A stretch of 64,000 nucleotides of DNA from Octopus vulgaris (taxonomy: Eukaryota), in NCBI GenBank assembly GCA_951406725.2, contig OX597830.1, forward strand, positions 43,338,001 through 43,402,000. Direction: 5' to 3'. Within the stretch, counting starts at the first letter, position 1; every line of letters begins with the position of its first letter. Under the pieces are notes generated by a model. It was not told the origin of the DNA and did not search any database. It saw only the letters and a list, made by a program, of their open reading frames with translations. The position numbers and the translations under genes are program-made. Positions 23,345-37,255 of the stretch are shown one piece after another.

Positions 23345-23605
23345 GGCGCATGGCTTAGTGGTTAGGGTATTCGACTGACGATCGTAAGGTCACGAGTTCA
23401 ATTCCTGGTGGCGCGTGGTATCCTTCAGCAAGACACTTTATTTCTCGTTCCTCCAGTTCACTCAGCTGGCAAAAATGTGTTGTACCAGTAATCCGAAGAG
23501 GCTTGTGTTTGTGGGGAACTCAGCCACTTGCACGTTTATGTCATGAGCAAGCTGTTCCGTTGATCGGCTCAACTGGAGCACTCGTCGTCATAACCGACGG
23601 AGGAC
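23345..23605 (+). mobile_element. tRNA-derived CORE-type SINE (family C)
   Basis: GGCGCATGGCTTAGTGGTTAGGG (A box), GAGTTCAATTCC (B box), TCCTTCAGCAAGACACTTTATTTC. Confidence 0.8.
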
Positions 23606-23609
23606 CAGG

Positions 23610-24235
23610 TGTCTGCCGTTACGTTCTGAGTTCAAATTCCGCCGAGGTCGACTTTGCCTTTTATCTTTTCGGAGGTCGATAAATTTAGTACCAGTTACGC
23701 ACTGGAGTCGATATAATCGACTTAATCCCCTTGTCTGTCCTTGTTTGTCCCCTCTATGTTTAGTCCCCTGTGGGCAATAAAGAAATAAATACCTTCTCCA
23801 AGTATTCTTTTAGTATCTCAATGTACCACTAACTAAGGCGGCGAGCTGGCAGAAACGTTAGCACGCCGGGTGAAATGCATAACAGTATTTCGTCCGCCGT
23901 TACGTTCTGAGTTCAAATTCCGCTGACGTCGACTTTGCCTTTTATCTTTTCGGGGTCGATAAATTACGTACCAGTTACGCACTGGAGTCGATATAATCAA
24001 CTTAATCTGTTTGTCTGTCCTTGTTTGTCCTCTCTGTGTTTAGCCCCTTGTGTGTAGTAAAGAAAAAGGTATTTCTTCTATCTTTACGTTCTGAGTTCAA
24101 ATTCTGCCGAGGTCGACTTTGCCTTTCATCCTTTCGAGGTTGATAAATTAAGTACCAGTTGCGTACTAGGGTCGCTGTAATCGACTGGACCCCTCTGCAA
24201 ACATTTTGAGCCTTGTTCCTAGAGTAGAAAAGAAT
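23610..24235 (+). mobile_element. SINE family A cluster (truncated monomer plus dimer)
   Basis: Three GAGTTCAAATTC cores at ~23628, ~23909 and ~24093. Confidence 0.85.
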
Positions 24236-24371
24236 GTACCACTTACTGTCCACAGTAAAATCATATTCCAGAAACTCAAGAAGAATGATACTTTTGTCGT
24301 TCTAAACACGAAAATACGAAAACAAACAGTCTCTAAGACTTTCTATGCCGAACACTGGCTTTTGATCTCCC

Positions 24372-24444
<73 letters not shown>

Positions 24445-25388
24445 CTGTGTCTGTGGGTGTGTCTCGCCGCTGGATAACAAATGTTGGTTTCTCTATGGCT
24501 CCATAACTTAGCCGCTGGCCAAAAAGATCCCTATGGAATAAGAACTAGGCATAAAATAACTGGGTAGTATTGGTTAAATCCGCTAAACCCAGCATAGCTT
24601 TTGAAACTGATAAAAGCATGTGTTTGTGTGTGTATGTGAGATTATACACAGATATGCACACACACATACATATGTATGTGTATGTATATGTTTATGTATA
24701 TATAATTACGTATGAATGAATGAATGTATGTGTGTATGTATGTTTGTATGTGTCTATTTTGATTTATGCTCATTGATTAAAGACTAACCTTTCATGTCGA
24801 CAATAGAATAAAAGGCCTGGAGAAGTATTCTCTTTCAACTTATAAGTTGCATTAAACATAACAATTCTGTTTGGTCTGTGACGATGTCTGCTTTTGAATA
24901 ATTCCCACTTGTTCAAGAGATTTCAAGTGATGTAGGTTGTTCTTTAGCCCTAGGCTACCTCTCATCGACCGAGTAGATCTATGATGAAAACCATTTCCGT
25001 TTTTTCTTTTGTTCTTTGTTTTTTTTTATACTATAAAATTTAAAATGTGTTCTTCCTTAAGATGCTTGTGCATGGTTTGAAGATCTGGCTGCTACTTCCA
25101 GCAAGTGAACAATCGCAATGAAACCGCTTCGTTTGATGCGGTCATCTGTGTTAACATTATAATATTAATGTGGGTTAGTTCAATGGAAGATATGAAGTTA
25201 GTACTTGAAATTAACACACACAAACACACACAAATTATTCCTCATTTTGTGAGGAGAGTTTTCCAATATTAGCATCAGCCTTCAACTATTACATTCGAGA
25301 AAATGACTGCTAAAATATAACTGTTAATTCAGTTTATGTATATATGTACACCTACACACACACATACACACACACATGCACACATATG

Positions 25389-25435
<47 letters not shown>

Positions 25436-26854
25436 TTGTGCGCGCGCGCCCGTTTTTTTGTGTGTGTGCGTGCGCGCGTTGATGTCGGACGAATGTTCAA
25501 TACGTTTTGCAGAAGATATATATTTTTAAAAAGAAATCCTCGCCTGATGATCGCAGTGGCGTAAAACTAGAGTCGCAAGGCAAACTCTCCGCTTCAGCTT
25601 TAACAAATAAAACACACACACACACGTACACACAAAACACACGCACAGACACACACACATACACAGAAATTTATAGGTTGTTTCCCAAAATGTATGCAAA
25701 CAACTGAATGCTTATAAAACCAGTGTTTATAAAAATACATTTCATTTTCAAAATTTAATAGAGTCTACAGACAGAGGTTATTTTTTTATAAACGCCTGCT
25801 TCTAAACTAATGACCATTCTGGTCCAGGCATTGCTGATAACAATATAGCAATGGAATCGCAAACGTCAAAAGGCCATACCGTTCGGTATTTGTACCTTCA
25901 GGTCTACATGATGGTTTTTTTCCAGACATCTTAAATTGAAAGCACATCCAACATCAGCGGCGATTAATTACCCCCAACGAATATGTAGGAGCGGATAATT
26001 GTCTTATTCCTATTGATGCAAGAACGAAAATGAGGTGAAAAGATGAAGGACCGAGGGAGAGAAAATACTAAGTGATTACAGTTGCCTGAAGAGCTGCCAG
26101 ATTTTATAAGCAATTCGCCCTCTTGCGTTTCTGACTTAGAACATAAAACATACACACACACATACATGCCAACGTCTGTTGTAGCCAGTTGGATTCCAAA
26201 GTTGGTGGGTTGACAGTGTCGATGATGTGGGCTGCATTGGTTTTGGTGTTAATGACGGTGGGTGAGCATTGTTGGTGTTGTAATGGTCATACTGTTCTTG
26301 CTAAGAACTAAGGCTGTTTAGAACTAAAATCAAGAAAATTTTTAATCTACACCAAGATACCGCATTATATGTGAAATTAATTTGGTTATCTTCTTTGTGT
26401 ATTCAAAAAATACTTTTTCTTCGTAAAGAAGTTTTCTTTTTTAGGGATATCTTATCTGGATATTATTCGCGCGTTTATATACTAATGTTCTTGGTTGGTT
26501 GGTTTTATCATTTCAGTACTTTTCACTTCCGAAAGACCAGTTGTAATTATGGAGACTTCATTCTTTTCGACATAGGAGCAATAATTAATAGTTTAAGGAA
26601 AACAAAGAATATACATAGAATATTCATTTTTTAAATCATAGTGCAATCGGAATAAATTCTCCATTGGAGAGAAGTGAAAAAATAACAGTCAAATATGCCC
26701 AAAATAAGCCATTGTTTTATAACATCATAATGCAATTTAAAGCGCAAATATGGACAATAACAGTTGGCCGAAACGTAACGTAGGTGAAAAAAATGAAAGA
26801 ACTTATTAATTGACTGCACTATGATTGAAAAATGCTTATTCTACGTATATTCTC

Positions 26855-26934
<80 letters not shown>

Positions 26935-27239
26935 ATATATATTAAAAGATCTTTTTTAAAATAAAGCAAATTAATGCGGACCTGATGGGACTAACTCTTT
27001 GTGAAAACATTTCAAATACAGGCTGGAAAAATCGAAATGTGTTTACACAGAACTTCCTTCCGTCAGGTCTGTGTTAATCCGCTCGGTTTTGAAAAATTTT
27101 TTAATATATAATTAATACTTTTTAATTAAAGAAAATCGTTTTACATACCCACACACTTATCTGTGTGTCTCTTATGGATGTGTGTGAAACATCTAGGAAA
27201 CCCAAGCCGATGCTTCACTAACCTAGTTCCGTCGGGTAT

Positions 27240-27730
27240 TTGTTATGCTTTGGATTGTACACAATCCTTTGTTATTTCCACAACGTCATAATATAAGGCT
27301 TTCCTTCCTAAGCATGTGCAGACTGAATCCGGCACACTTTGCGGAAGGAAGTTTTAAGGCTGAACGGAAAGGAAGTCGGCTGCAGCCATTCATTGTAGAT
27401 TGCATCTGTCTCCATCCCCGGTCATCTTGACCTGGTCTTGCCACTGGATTGGAAATGATCAAGGACGAGAGCGTGAGCCGACAGTGCACTACTCTTCTCC
27501 ACTTTATTTAAAGTCACTGCGCAAGCCATCAGTCATCTTTGGGATGACTAAACGGTTCTCATCACTCCGACGGATGAACATGATATCAGTATAACAAACG
27601 CAGTGAACCAGTGATTGTTGTTCCTTTGGAAACCTGTAACCTCGGGTGCTGTTCATTATTGCACATGAACTGCGATGTAAATATAAATTCAAATATGTGG
27701 CAAGAATAGATACCTCCATCCATTCGACCA
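27240..27730 (-). mobile_element. Old LINE (RTE-like) 3' fragment
   Basis: Decayed frames ...IRRSDENRLVIPKMTDG... and ...ARPGQDDRGWRQM... resemble the RTE-clade C-terminus. Confidence 0.4.
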
Positions 27731-27902
27731 ATCATGTGAAGATCCATTCGACCAATCATACTCATGGAAAAGCTGTTGGTTATATATATTGAGCTTTGTT
27801 GTTAACTACTTGCAGCTAACTGTTTGAAGAGATTAGTTGTGTAAATTATGCGTCCTTCTTCGTCATCTCATAAATAATATGATATAATATATATATATAT
27901 AT

Positions 27903-28617
27903 AACAATGATAAATCTCAGAGCGAGTTATAAACAGTAGCAGCAACACATCGTGACGTATATTTGCCATTTGAATATGGCTAACCCCTAAGGGTGGATGC
28001 TACTGTAGTTTGTAGCCCCAGGAGGACACCTCCTCCAGCTGGCTATAGACACACTTTCTGTGCCTGACGGGTCAATACCCTGAAACTCGAGTCCGTGTGT
28101 ATCATAAGTTGAAGACGGGAAGGATGGCTTCCCTTCGCAAATACTGATAGGGCACAGAAAGTGTGTCTGTAGCCAGCTGGAGGAGGTGTCCTCCTGGGGC
28201 TACAAACTACAGTAGCATCCACCCTTAGGGTTTAGCCATATTCAAATGGCAAATATACGTCACGATGTGTTGCTGCTACTGTTTATAACTCGCTCTGAGA
28301 TTTATCATTGTTTGATTTCACTTTTTCAATATCAGTGTCAATCGATACTGGAGAAAGTATATGTATTTGTGAAGGGAACCGACTTCTCATCGACAACTAT
28401 GATTGTCACACGCCGATGACGGATCAATACCCTGAAACTCGAGTCCGTGTGTATCATAAGTTGAAGACGGGAAGGATGGCTTCCCTTCGCAAATACTGAT
28501 AGGGCACAGAAAGTGTGTCTATAGCCAGCTGGAGGAGGTGTCCTCCTGGGGCTACAAACTACAGTAGCATCCACCCTTAGGGGTTAGCCATATTCAAATG
28601 GCAAATATACGTCACGA

Positions 28618-28618
<1 letters not shown>
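27903..28618 (+). mobile_element. Retrozyme/Penelope pLTR-like element: 352-bp partial tandem plus 162-bp 5' inversion, in (TA)n
   Basis: 27903-28064 is the reverse complement of 28151-28312; 28065-28267 repeats at 28417-28618; one hammerhead motif per unit. Confidence 0.85.
28407..28451 (+). ncRNA. Minimal type I hammerhead ribozyme (U4C in this copy)
   Basis: CACACG-CCGATGA-CGGATCAATACCCT-GAAA-CTCGAG-TC-CGTGTG: perfect stem I, palindromic stem III, GUC site. Confidence 0.75.
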
Positions 28619-28663
<45 letters not shown>

Positions 28664-28994
28664 TACATACACATATATACACACACATATATGAGCATAT
28701 ATATATATATACATATACATACTTGCACACATATCTTTTCATGTCCATACACGTACACACACGGATAGTTGTAGCTAGATAGAGAGCAAACTTAATTCAA
28801 AGGGATTAGTTGAGTAAAATACACGCTTTTCATCACTGAATAAAATATGCATACATGTGTGTGCGTGTGTGTGTGTTTGTGTTTTTGCGTGTGTATGTGC
28901 GTGTGTATGTGCAAATATTACACACACGTGCACACACATACATATACTGTGAAATATATTGATAGATAGAAAGAAAGAGAGAGAGAGAGAGAGC

Positions 28995-29032
<38 letters not shown>

Positions 29033-29093
29033 GAGAGAGAAAGAAAGAGAGAGAGTGATAGATAGAGAGAGAGCGATAGATAGATAGAGAGAG

Positions 29094-29311
29094 ATGGATG
29101 GATGGATGGATGGATGGATGGATGGATGGATGGATGGATGGATGGATGGATGGACGGACGGACGGATGGAAGGACGGATGGATGGATGGATGGATGGATG
29201 GATGGATGGATGGATGGATGGATGGATGGATGGATGGATGGATGGATGGATGGATGGATGGATGGATGGATGGATGGATGGATGGATGGATGGATGGATG
29301 GATGGATGGAT
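29094..29311. repeat. (GGAT)n microsatellite
   Basis: Direct reading. Confidence 0.98.
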
Positions 29312-29324
29312 GTTATACATTTTA

Positions 29325-29635
29325 TTTATTTATGCGCCCTTTTCAAACCTAGCCAGGCTCATGGGCCCGGTTTCCCGGTTTCTGTGGCGTATGTGTTCTC
29401 CCCAACTGAACGGGACACTAGTCCATCGTAGCGTTACTCGAGGTACAGGAAGAAAGAGTGAGAGAAATTTGGGGCGAAAGAGTACAACAGGGGTCGCCAC
29501 CACCCCTGCCGGAGTCTCGTGGAGCTTTAGGTGTTTTCGCCCAATAAACACACACAACGCTCGGTCTGGGAATCGAAACCGCGATCCTCCGACCGCGAGT
29601 CCGCTGCCCTAACTACTGGGTCATTGCGCCTCCTC
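29325..29635 (-). mobile_element. tRNA-derived SINE (family D), apparently full length
   Basis: Minus: GGCGCAATGACCCAGTAGTTAGG (A box), GGTTTCGATTCCC (B box), CGATGGACTAGTGTCCCGTTCAG central block, (TAAA)n tail. Confidence 0.8.
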
Positions 29636-30167
29636 ACAATTCTATACATAGACACTTAAATTTATTTTGTACATAACTACATTAGTATTGTAACTGTCAG
29701 TATTTCCTGATATTCAAGCATAGTTGAAGTAGTATAGCAGTGTTTTTTTCAATTTTGATGCACGTTTCAGGAGGACGGACAAACCAAGAGCGAGATACAC
29801 TGCTAATTATATTCGTAATTTTTGTTTTGCTTTGATGAGGAAAAAATACTTTGTTCATGAAAGTTTGTAGAATGACCCTTTCTTTTATGCTTCAAGATTT
29901 CTTTCCTGTATTTCTTTACATGTTTTTACATTCTGTGTTCAAATCCTGGAGGGAACAACTTGGTGCTTGTCATTCTTGAATCAATACAATCGTGACTGTG
30001 TGCTAAGAAGCTTACTTCCCAACCACATGGTCGCGGGTTCAGTCCCACTGCGTTACACCTTGGGCAAGAGTCTTCTGCTATAGCCTCGGGCCGACCAAAA
30101 CCCTGTCAGCGGATTTGGTGGACGGAAACTGAAAGCCTGTCGTATATATATATATATATATATATAT

Positions 30168-30168
30168 G

Positions 30169-30265
<97 letters not shown>
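30168..30265. repeat. (GATA)n microsatellite following a SINE B head (29992-30143)
   Basis: Direct reading. Confidence 0.95.
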
Positions 30266-30266
<1 letters not shown>

Positions 30267-30646
30267 CAAGTGTTGAAGTGCATGTATGTATGTGTCTTTG
30301 TGTATCATTTGTCCCTCTCCTCATTTCTTTAAAACCTGGTACTTATTCTCTCGGTCTCTTTTGCCGAACTGTTAAGTTATGGGAGCGTAAACACACCAAT
30401 ACTGGTTGTCAAACGGTGACAGGGACGGACACAAAGATGCACACACACACAACTATAATAAAATTAGATGGTACACAATGCACCAACTTGCTGGAAAGAG
30501 AAGCTAAATCCTCAAGAAAACAACCGAATTACACTGGAATATACAACAGACCAATAGAAATCGTGCTAGTATCAATTATCAGAATCATCGGAAAACAAAC
30601 CTATAGAATGAAGAATTGGATATATTTGGACCATGATTTCAAGTTC

Positions 30647-30714
<68 letters not shown>

Positions 30715-31122
30715 TCTGTCTGTGTTTGTCTCCCCACCACCATCGCTTGACAACCGATGCTGGTGTGTTTAATGTCCCTGTAACTTAACGGTTCGACTAA
30801 ACAGACCGATAGAATAAGTACTAGGCTTACAAAGAATAAGTCCAGAGGTCGATTTGTTCGACTAAAGGCGGTGGTCCAGCACGGCCGCAGTCAAATGACT
30901 GAAACAAATAAAAAATAAAAGAATATATATATAAATGATAGATCGTTAGCCACTACACACACATGTTTCTCTCCTTGTTTTTTTTTTCTGTGCCCTTTTC
31001 TGTAGAAGAGCATAGGCTCGAAACGTAAAAGACTTTTTCTATTCCTGAGTGTTATACTAATACATCTGTTTGTTTTCTACACCACCTGTCTTCGTCTTTT
31101 GTTTTTTTCGCAAACTCTCCCT

Positions 31123-31181
<59 letters not shown>

Positions 31182-31298
31182 CGTGATCACCGTGACCGAG
31201 CAGGCTATCAGATGTTGCTACACATCGCTGGTCACAATGCACTTCGCATTGTTTTAGCCTTCAAATGACGCCACCCCGCTGGCTAACCGAGCAGGCCA

Positions 31299-31360
<62 letters not shown>

Positions 31361-31585
31361 GGTATGTATATATAATGCTCGAAATGAGGAGTAGATAGAC
31401 AGCCGACGGCTGATGAAGGGAACGTTCTCTGTGTGTTAATTGTCCTGCTTTCCATCTTTACTCTCGTTGTTTTTTTGTATTTAACTCGTTTGTTTTCGTA
31501 TTTCATGTTGTTTACACAATTAGTGACGTCCTATACCCATATATGCATATATGTGTGTGTGAGTGTGTGTGTATTATTTTATCAT

Positions 31586-31647
<62 letters not shown>

Positions 31648-32090
31648 CGTGTATACGATAGGTTTCTTTCAGTTTTCATCATTCAAATGTACTCGCTGGA
31701 CTTTGATCGTAGAAGGCATTTTCGCAAGGCCCCACGCAGTGGGACTGAAACCAGACCCATGTGATTGGTAGGCAGTCTTTTTACTATGCAGCCACACCTG
31801 CGTCTATTTGATGGATTAACAATGAAAATGGCCGGAAGAGTTGTAAGGCAGCCATGATGAACAATTCTCAGACTGCGATACATCGATCAACGCGCTAAAA
31901 GTTCTGTGTGTGTGAATGAATATATGAGAGTGTGTGTGGGAGTGTATGTATGTGTGTGTGCGTGTGCGTGAGTGTATAAGTGTGTGCATGAGTGTGTGCG
32001 TGTATGAATCTGCGTAAATGTATGTGTATATGTGTTTAAGTGTATGTATGTGTATGAGTTTGTGTGAATGTATGTATGTATGTATTTGTG

Positions 32091-32142
<52 letters not shown>

Positions 32143-32929
32143 TTTATCGATCAGTTGAGACGATGCTTCGCAACAGTGCAATTGTTTAGAGAATGTATTG
32201 AAAAAAAACAATACTTACGTAAGACATCACCTGGTTAATAAAAGCAATATCGATTATGCGTTTACAATGTATTGAATCCTGGGCTATACGATATACGATC
32301 GATACTTACATACATGCATACTTCGTCGGAATAGTCAGCTCGTGAAATTAACGTTGAGCACTTCGCAGAAACGCATACACTCCATGTAGTCCTCAGAGAG
32401 ATCCAGCATGACAGATTCCTCTATGATGTTGTTTTGCATTTATAATAAAATAAATATATACAAATTAGAAAAAAAAAATTATTTAGTACAGTACAGTTTC
32501 TACTTCACAGATTTTCAATTATTGTCGGGGGTCTTGGAACGTAACACCGGTGATAGTCGAGGGATTACTGTATACTTATATATACATACATTTATGCGTA
32601 CCTGATGATTGCCTCATCTTGTTAGAGGATATCCGTCTCACGTTCTAACCTGGTTGAACAGATTTACAAAACAGATCAAGAAATGAAATGTTAGTGTCAT
32701 GGATGATGCTTGGCTGCTAATGTTGAGTGGGAGATTGGTCGCCATTGCTACGTGAGAGATTGTTGGTGTATGTTTTATTGTAGGAGACCACCGTTGTGCA
32801 GTCTAGCTGCGCGTATAATAAATGAAACATACTCACAAACTCTTAACCTTTAACATACGATTTGTATTTGTCGATGGACATGTTTTACTTCGTTGGCTGT
32901 TTACAAAAGAAAGATGTTTATAATATAAT

Positions 32930-33440
32930 GACTGACTGGGTTATTTAACGGACCCTGGAACACATATTCAAGGGTTGTCCAAAAGTTCTTGGAGAGGGAT
33001 TCCACCGCTGGAGGCACGACCAAATCTTGAAGGCCATAGTAGACATCATATATTTCTGAATTAGTCAGTGCAGGCGCTTTTGTCAAAGCTGGTGTGAAGA
33101 AGACGCCAGCTGTTGCCCCTTCCTCTCCAGGCCAACTATTAACAGCACAAGGCGGAAAGTCGACATGGGGAACGAGCAGAAATTTCCAGAAACTGTTGCC
33201 TGAACATTGCCAGTCATAGTATTGATCTTGGAAGCGTCGCATAGGTGCTTCTATTCAACACTCCATTCCTCTCCATTCCTCGGAGGACAGCAATGAGAAT
33301 ACAAATGAGAAGAGAATGGAATATGCAGAGCTGATGGAATTATGTCAAAACAAGGGGTGGCAAGCAAAGTATAATGGGTTGCAGAGGGTTTACAGGCCAG
33401 TCCCTCAGTAGAGCCCATATTATTTAACATATACAGGCTC
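32930..33440 (+). pseudogene. Hero/NeSL-type non-LTR retrotransposon fragment (zinc knuckle to restriction-like endonuclease)
   Basis: Decayed frames TLEHIFKGCPKVLGEGFHRWRHDQILKAI...FVKAG and YAELMELCQNKGWQA...CRGFTGQSL. Confidence 0.7.
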
Positions 33441-33606
33441 ACACACGACCTGCCTTAGACTCCTCATTCATTCTATTATTGAACCAGGAACTTAACAGCA
33501 GTCGTTCCGTAGCACTTACATAGCCATACCTGCCTTTTGGGTCTTCTCGATACCAAAACATCTCATATTACGTATATATATTATATGTATGCATATATAT
33601 ATATAT

Positions 33607-33661
<55 letters not shown>

Positions 33662-33854
33662 CATAGTTGGAATTTACAAAAACAAAAGACGAAGACAGGT
33701 GTGTAAACAACAAACAGGTGTATTAGTTTAACGCTCGGGAAGGTGAGAAAGTCTTTTACGTTTCCAGTCTACGCTCTTCAATAGAAAGGAACACGAGAAA
33801 ATAAACAGAAAGAGAATAAAAATGAAACTTTAGTAGCTAGCGGTCAATCACGGC

Positions 33855-33917
<63 letters not shown>

Positions 33918-33988
33918 GTACATGCATATCCTTAAAATCCTTTAAAATGTTTGAGCCCGAAGGCCGCGGCCATGCTGGGGCACCACCG

Positions 33989-34038
<50 letters not shown>

Positions 34039-34157
34039 TCAATACGGAGCAAATAATTCACGAAAGAATAATTGACGCTGTTATTATCTAGAGTTTTGAC
34101 TGTTATTTTCAGCAGGTAGACATACTTAGCATGTCCTTTGATTAATGTTAATCCTTC

Positions 34158-34308
<151 letters not shown>

Positions 34309-34450
34309 TGATATATCATATTATATATAAGGCGGCGAACTGGCAGAATCATTAGCACGCTGGACGAAATGCTTAGCGGTAGTTCAGCCATCGCTACGTT
34401 CTGTGTTCGAATTCCGTCGAAGTCGACTTTGCCTTTCATCCTTTCTTTTT

Positions 34451-34825
34451 AGGCGCAGGAGTGACTGTGTGGTAAGTAGCTTGCTTCCCAACCACATGGT
34501 TCCGGGTTCAGTCCCACTGTGTGGCACCTTGGGCAAGTGTCTTCTACTATAGCTTCGGGCCGACCAAAGCCTTGTGAGTGGATTTGGTAGACGGAAACTG
34601 AAAGAAACTTGTCATATATATGTTTGTGTGTGTGTGTGTGCTTGGGTGTGTGTGTGTGCTTGGGTGTGTGTGTGTGTCTCTTCTCCCAACATAGCTTGAC
34701 AACCGATGTTGGTGCGTTTACGTCCCCGTACTAAGCTTACAAAGAATAAGTCCTGGGATCGATTCGTTCGAGTAAAGGTGATACTCCAGCATGGCCGCAG
34801 TCAAATGACTGAAACAAATAAAAGA
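34451..34825 (+). mobile_element. SINE family B, full length
   Basis: AGGCGCAGGAGTGACTGTGTGGTAAG head, GGGTTCAGTCCC, CACCTTGGGCAAGTGTCTT, internal (TG)n, 3' module ending GACTGAAACAAATAAAAG. Confidence 0.9.
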
Positions 34826-34855
34826 GTATATATATATTTCATATATGTATGTATG

Positions 34856-34923
<68 letters not shown>

Positions 34924-35089
34924 CATATGCATATACATATACAAAAACAGCAAACTGAAAATATTCGCTTGTGACTCCAAGCTCCGGAAAATTATAAATG
35001 GAGAAGAAAACCGAGCTGGACTCCAGCCTGATCTCCATGCTGTGAGTCAATAGGAAGATAAAAACAAAATGCAACTAAAAGAGGGAAAT

Positions 35090-35850
35090 TTTGAGTGGGA
35101 ACCACTCACAGCAGCTAATAATATCAGAGACCTAGTAGTAATTGTTTACAATATCCACTAGAGTGTCCACATCAACAATAAAGTCGATATAGCTCGTAGG
35201 ATGAGCTCCTGGATCCTAAGAACCTTCTGGGCCAGAGAATAAGATGTCATCATTCCTCTTCTCTCCTCCTTTCTATGGCTACACCTTGAATACTGCTGCT
35301 TCCTGTGCTCCTATTCAAACAAAACATTTCGAAAATTGAATCACCCCAGAGGTCATTCACTAAAAGAATTAAGGGCATGACTGATCTCGATTATTGACAC
35401 TGCCTTAAAGCATTACTGAAACATTATTCCCTCCAGCACCACCGTGAGTGATATAACATTTGCACGATGTGGAGAATATTCCACCAGCATTGTCCAAACG
35501 ACCTCAACATTAGCTTCAAAATTCATCCAAGGCTAGGACCACGTCCCCTACCCAATTCAGGATCACAACAGACAAATATACTGCAACAAAATTTCTTTTC
35601 CTCAACAGGCCCTGCCCTGTTTAACATTGTCCCAAAACTGATCAAAGAGGAAAAGGATCCCATCACCTTTAACGGAATCTGGACAAATTTCTTCTATGAA
35701 TACCAGATAAACCACCTAAACCTGGATACAACTCACTCAACAAGAATTCCCGGCTTGAATGGACCATAAACAAAACTTGACTTAAAAAGGATTTAGATAA
35801 TCCTATAAGGCGGTGCTATTAAGTTAGACATGGCGTGGACCAATCTTTGG
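35090..35850 (+). pseudogene. CR1-clade LINE ORF2 3' fragment
   Basis: RDLVVIV...ARRMSSWILRTF...HLEYCC...IESPQRSFTKRIKGMTDLDY...YSLQHHRE, with stops and frameshifts. Confidence 0.8.
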
Positions 35851-35874
35851 TCGAAACATATCTAAGTTTTATTT

Positions 35875-35907
<33 letters not shown>

Positions 35908-35974
35908 ACATACATATATATATATATATGTATATGTATACATACATACCTACATGCATACATATATATATATA

Positions 35975-37255
35975 TTGAGTTACCCCAGGAATAATGCGGT
36001 TTTTCAATTGCTTGTATTAAAACTCGGAGGGGACGGAATAAACTACCTGCATCAACTTACTATAAAAGCAGGTAGTAATTTTACCTTGTACTTATTCTTA
36101 ATGCAAATTTTGAAGAGTGCAATTCGATTTTAACAGTTATGTTTTCAAAGCTATAATAGAAATGACAAAGGAGCATATTCGGCATATTTTGCTTTGAGTT
36201 CAGTAAAGGCAACAACGCTACGGAAAGTGCGAGGAATATTAATGTAGTATATGGAGATCGGACAGTAAGCGTAACCCAGTGTCAACGATGGTTCCAGAAA
36301 TTCCGAACCGGAAACTACAACCTAGAAGACGTGCCTCGTCCTGGAAGATCTGTAGAGTTTGACGAGGACGTCCTGCGCAACCTGGTGGAACGAAATCCCA
36401 TCGTAACTGTTGAGGAACTAGCAGAGAAATTGGATTTGGTCGTTCAACCATTCATCGACACCTTCGAGCCATCGGAAAAGGCAGCAAATTGGGTGGATGG
36501 GTTCGTCATAAACTTTCTGAGTCTAATCGTGTGCAGAGAGTGAATGTGTGCTCTTCTTTGTTGTCACGTCTCATAAATTAACCTTTTTTGGACCGAATAG
36601 TGACTGGTGACGAGAAATGGGCTCTCTGTAAAGATGTCACGAGCCGAAGACAGTGGGTCGGAAAAGGAGAAACACTGGCACCCCAGGCTAAAGAAGGTCT
36701 TCACCCTCATAAGGTGCTGTTATCTATTTGGTGGGACATGAAGTGTTTAATCCGCTTTGAACTTTTAAACTCAAACCAAACGATAATAAAGATCTACTGC
36801 GAGTAGCTTGAGCTACTTAAGTCAGCGCTAGAAAAAAAACGTCCATTTTTGGTTTCAAGACGAAAGGTGTTCTTCCATCAGGATAATGCTCGGCCACATA
36901 CAGCGAGGATGACATTCCAAAGGCTTGAGCATTTTGAATGGAAAACGATGCCCCATCCACCATATTCGCCGGACTTTGCCCCATCTGATTATCATTTATT
37001 TCACAGTCTTCCAAATCATTTCGACGGAAAATATATGAATTCTGTAGACGAGGCAGAACAGTACTAGAGGAGTATTTTTTCGTCACGGACAAGTGAATTT
37101 TGGGGCCATGCAAGTCTACCTGATAGATAAAAGAGCATTGTAGAAAATGAAAGAGAGTATATTTTATATTGAAAAAGAACTTCTCGACAGGAATACTGTT
37201 GTACTGCACCAGTGTTTTGCAATAGATTATTAAAAACACGGAAATTTTCCTAATA
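35975..37255 (+). mobile_element. mariner transposon, decayed
   Basis: TA|TTGAGTTACCCCAGGAATAATGCGGTTTTT left end; right TIR degenerate; transposase remnant inside. Confidence 0.85.
36162..37172 (+). pseudogene. mariner D,D34D transposase pseudogene
   Basis: PRPGR, DRIVTGDEKW, KVLLSIWWD, HQDNARPH and HPPYSPDFAPSDYHLF split across frames. Confidence 0.92.

Noticed and set aside
23345-23420. tRNA gene (also 29560-29635, 45545-45600)
   Set aside because: A/B boxes are present but there is no clean cloverleaf, and the first two continue into SINE bodies.
26165-26300. Possible minus-strand coding exon (QEQYDHYNTNNAHPP...)
   Set aside because: Weak donor, no recognisable homology, short.
26735-27090. 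Hammerhead-like GAAACGTAACGTA and a CTGATGG/CCGTCAG inverted pair
   Set aside because: The matching core box is missing or too decayed to support a call.
31378-31432. Hammerhead at CTGATGAAGGG (also 39010-39065)
   Set aside because: No downstream GAAA or convincing stems I and III; at most a remnant.
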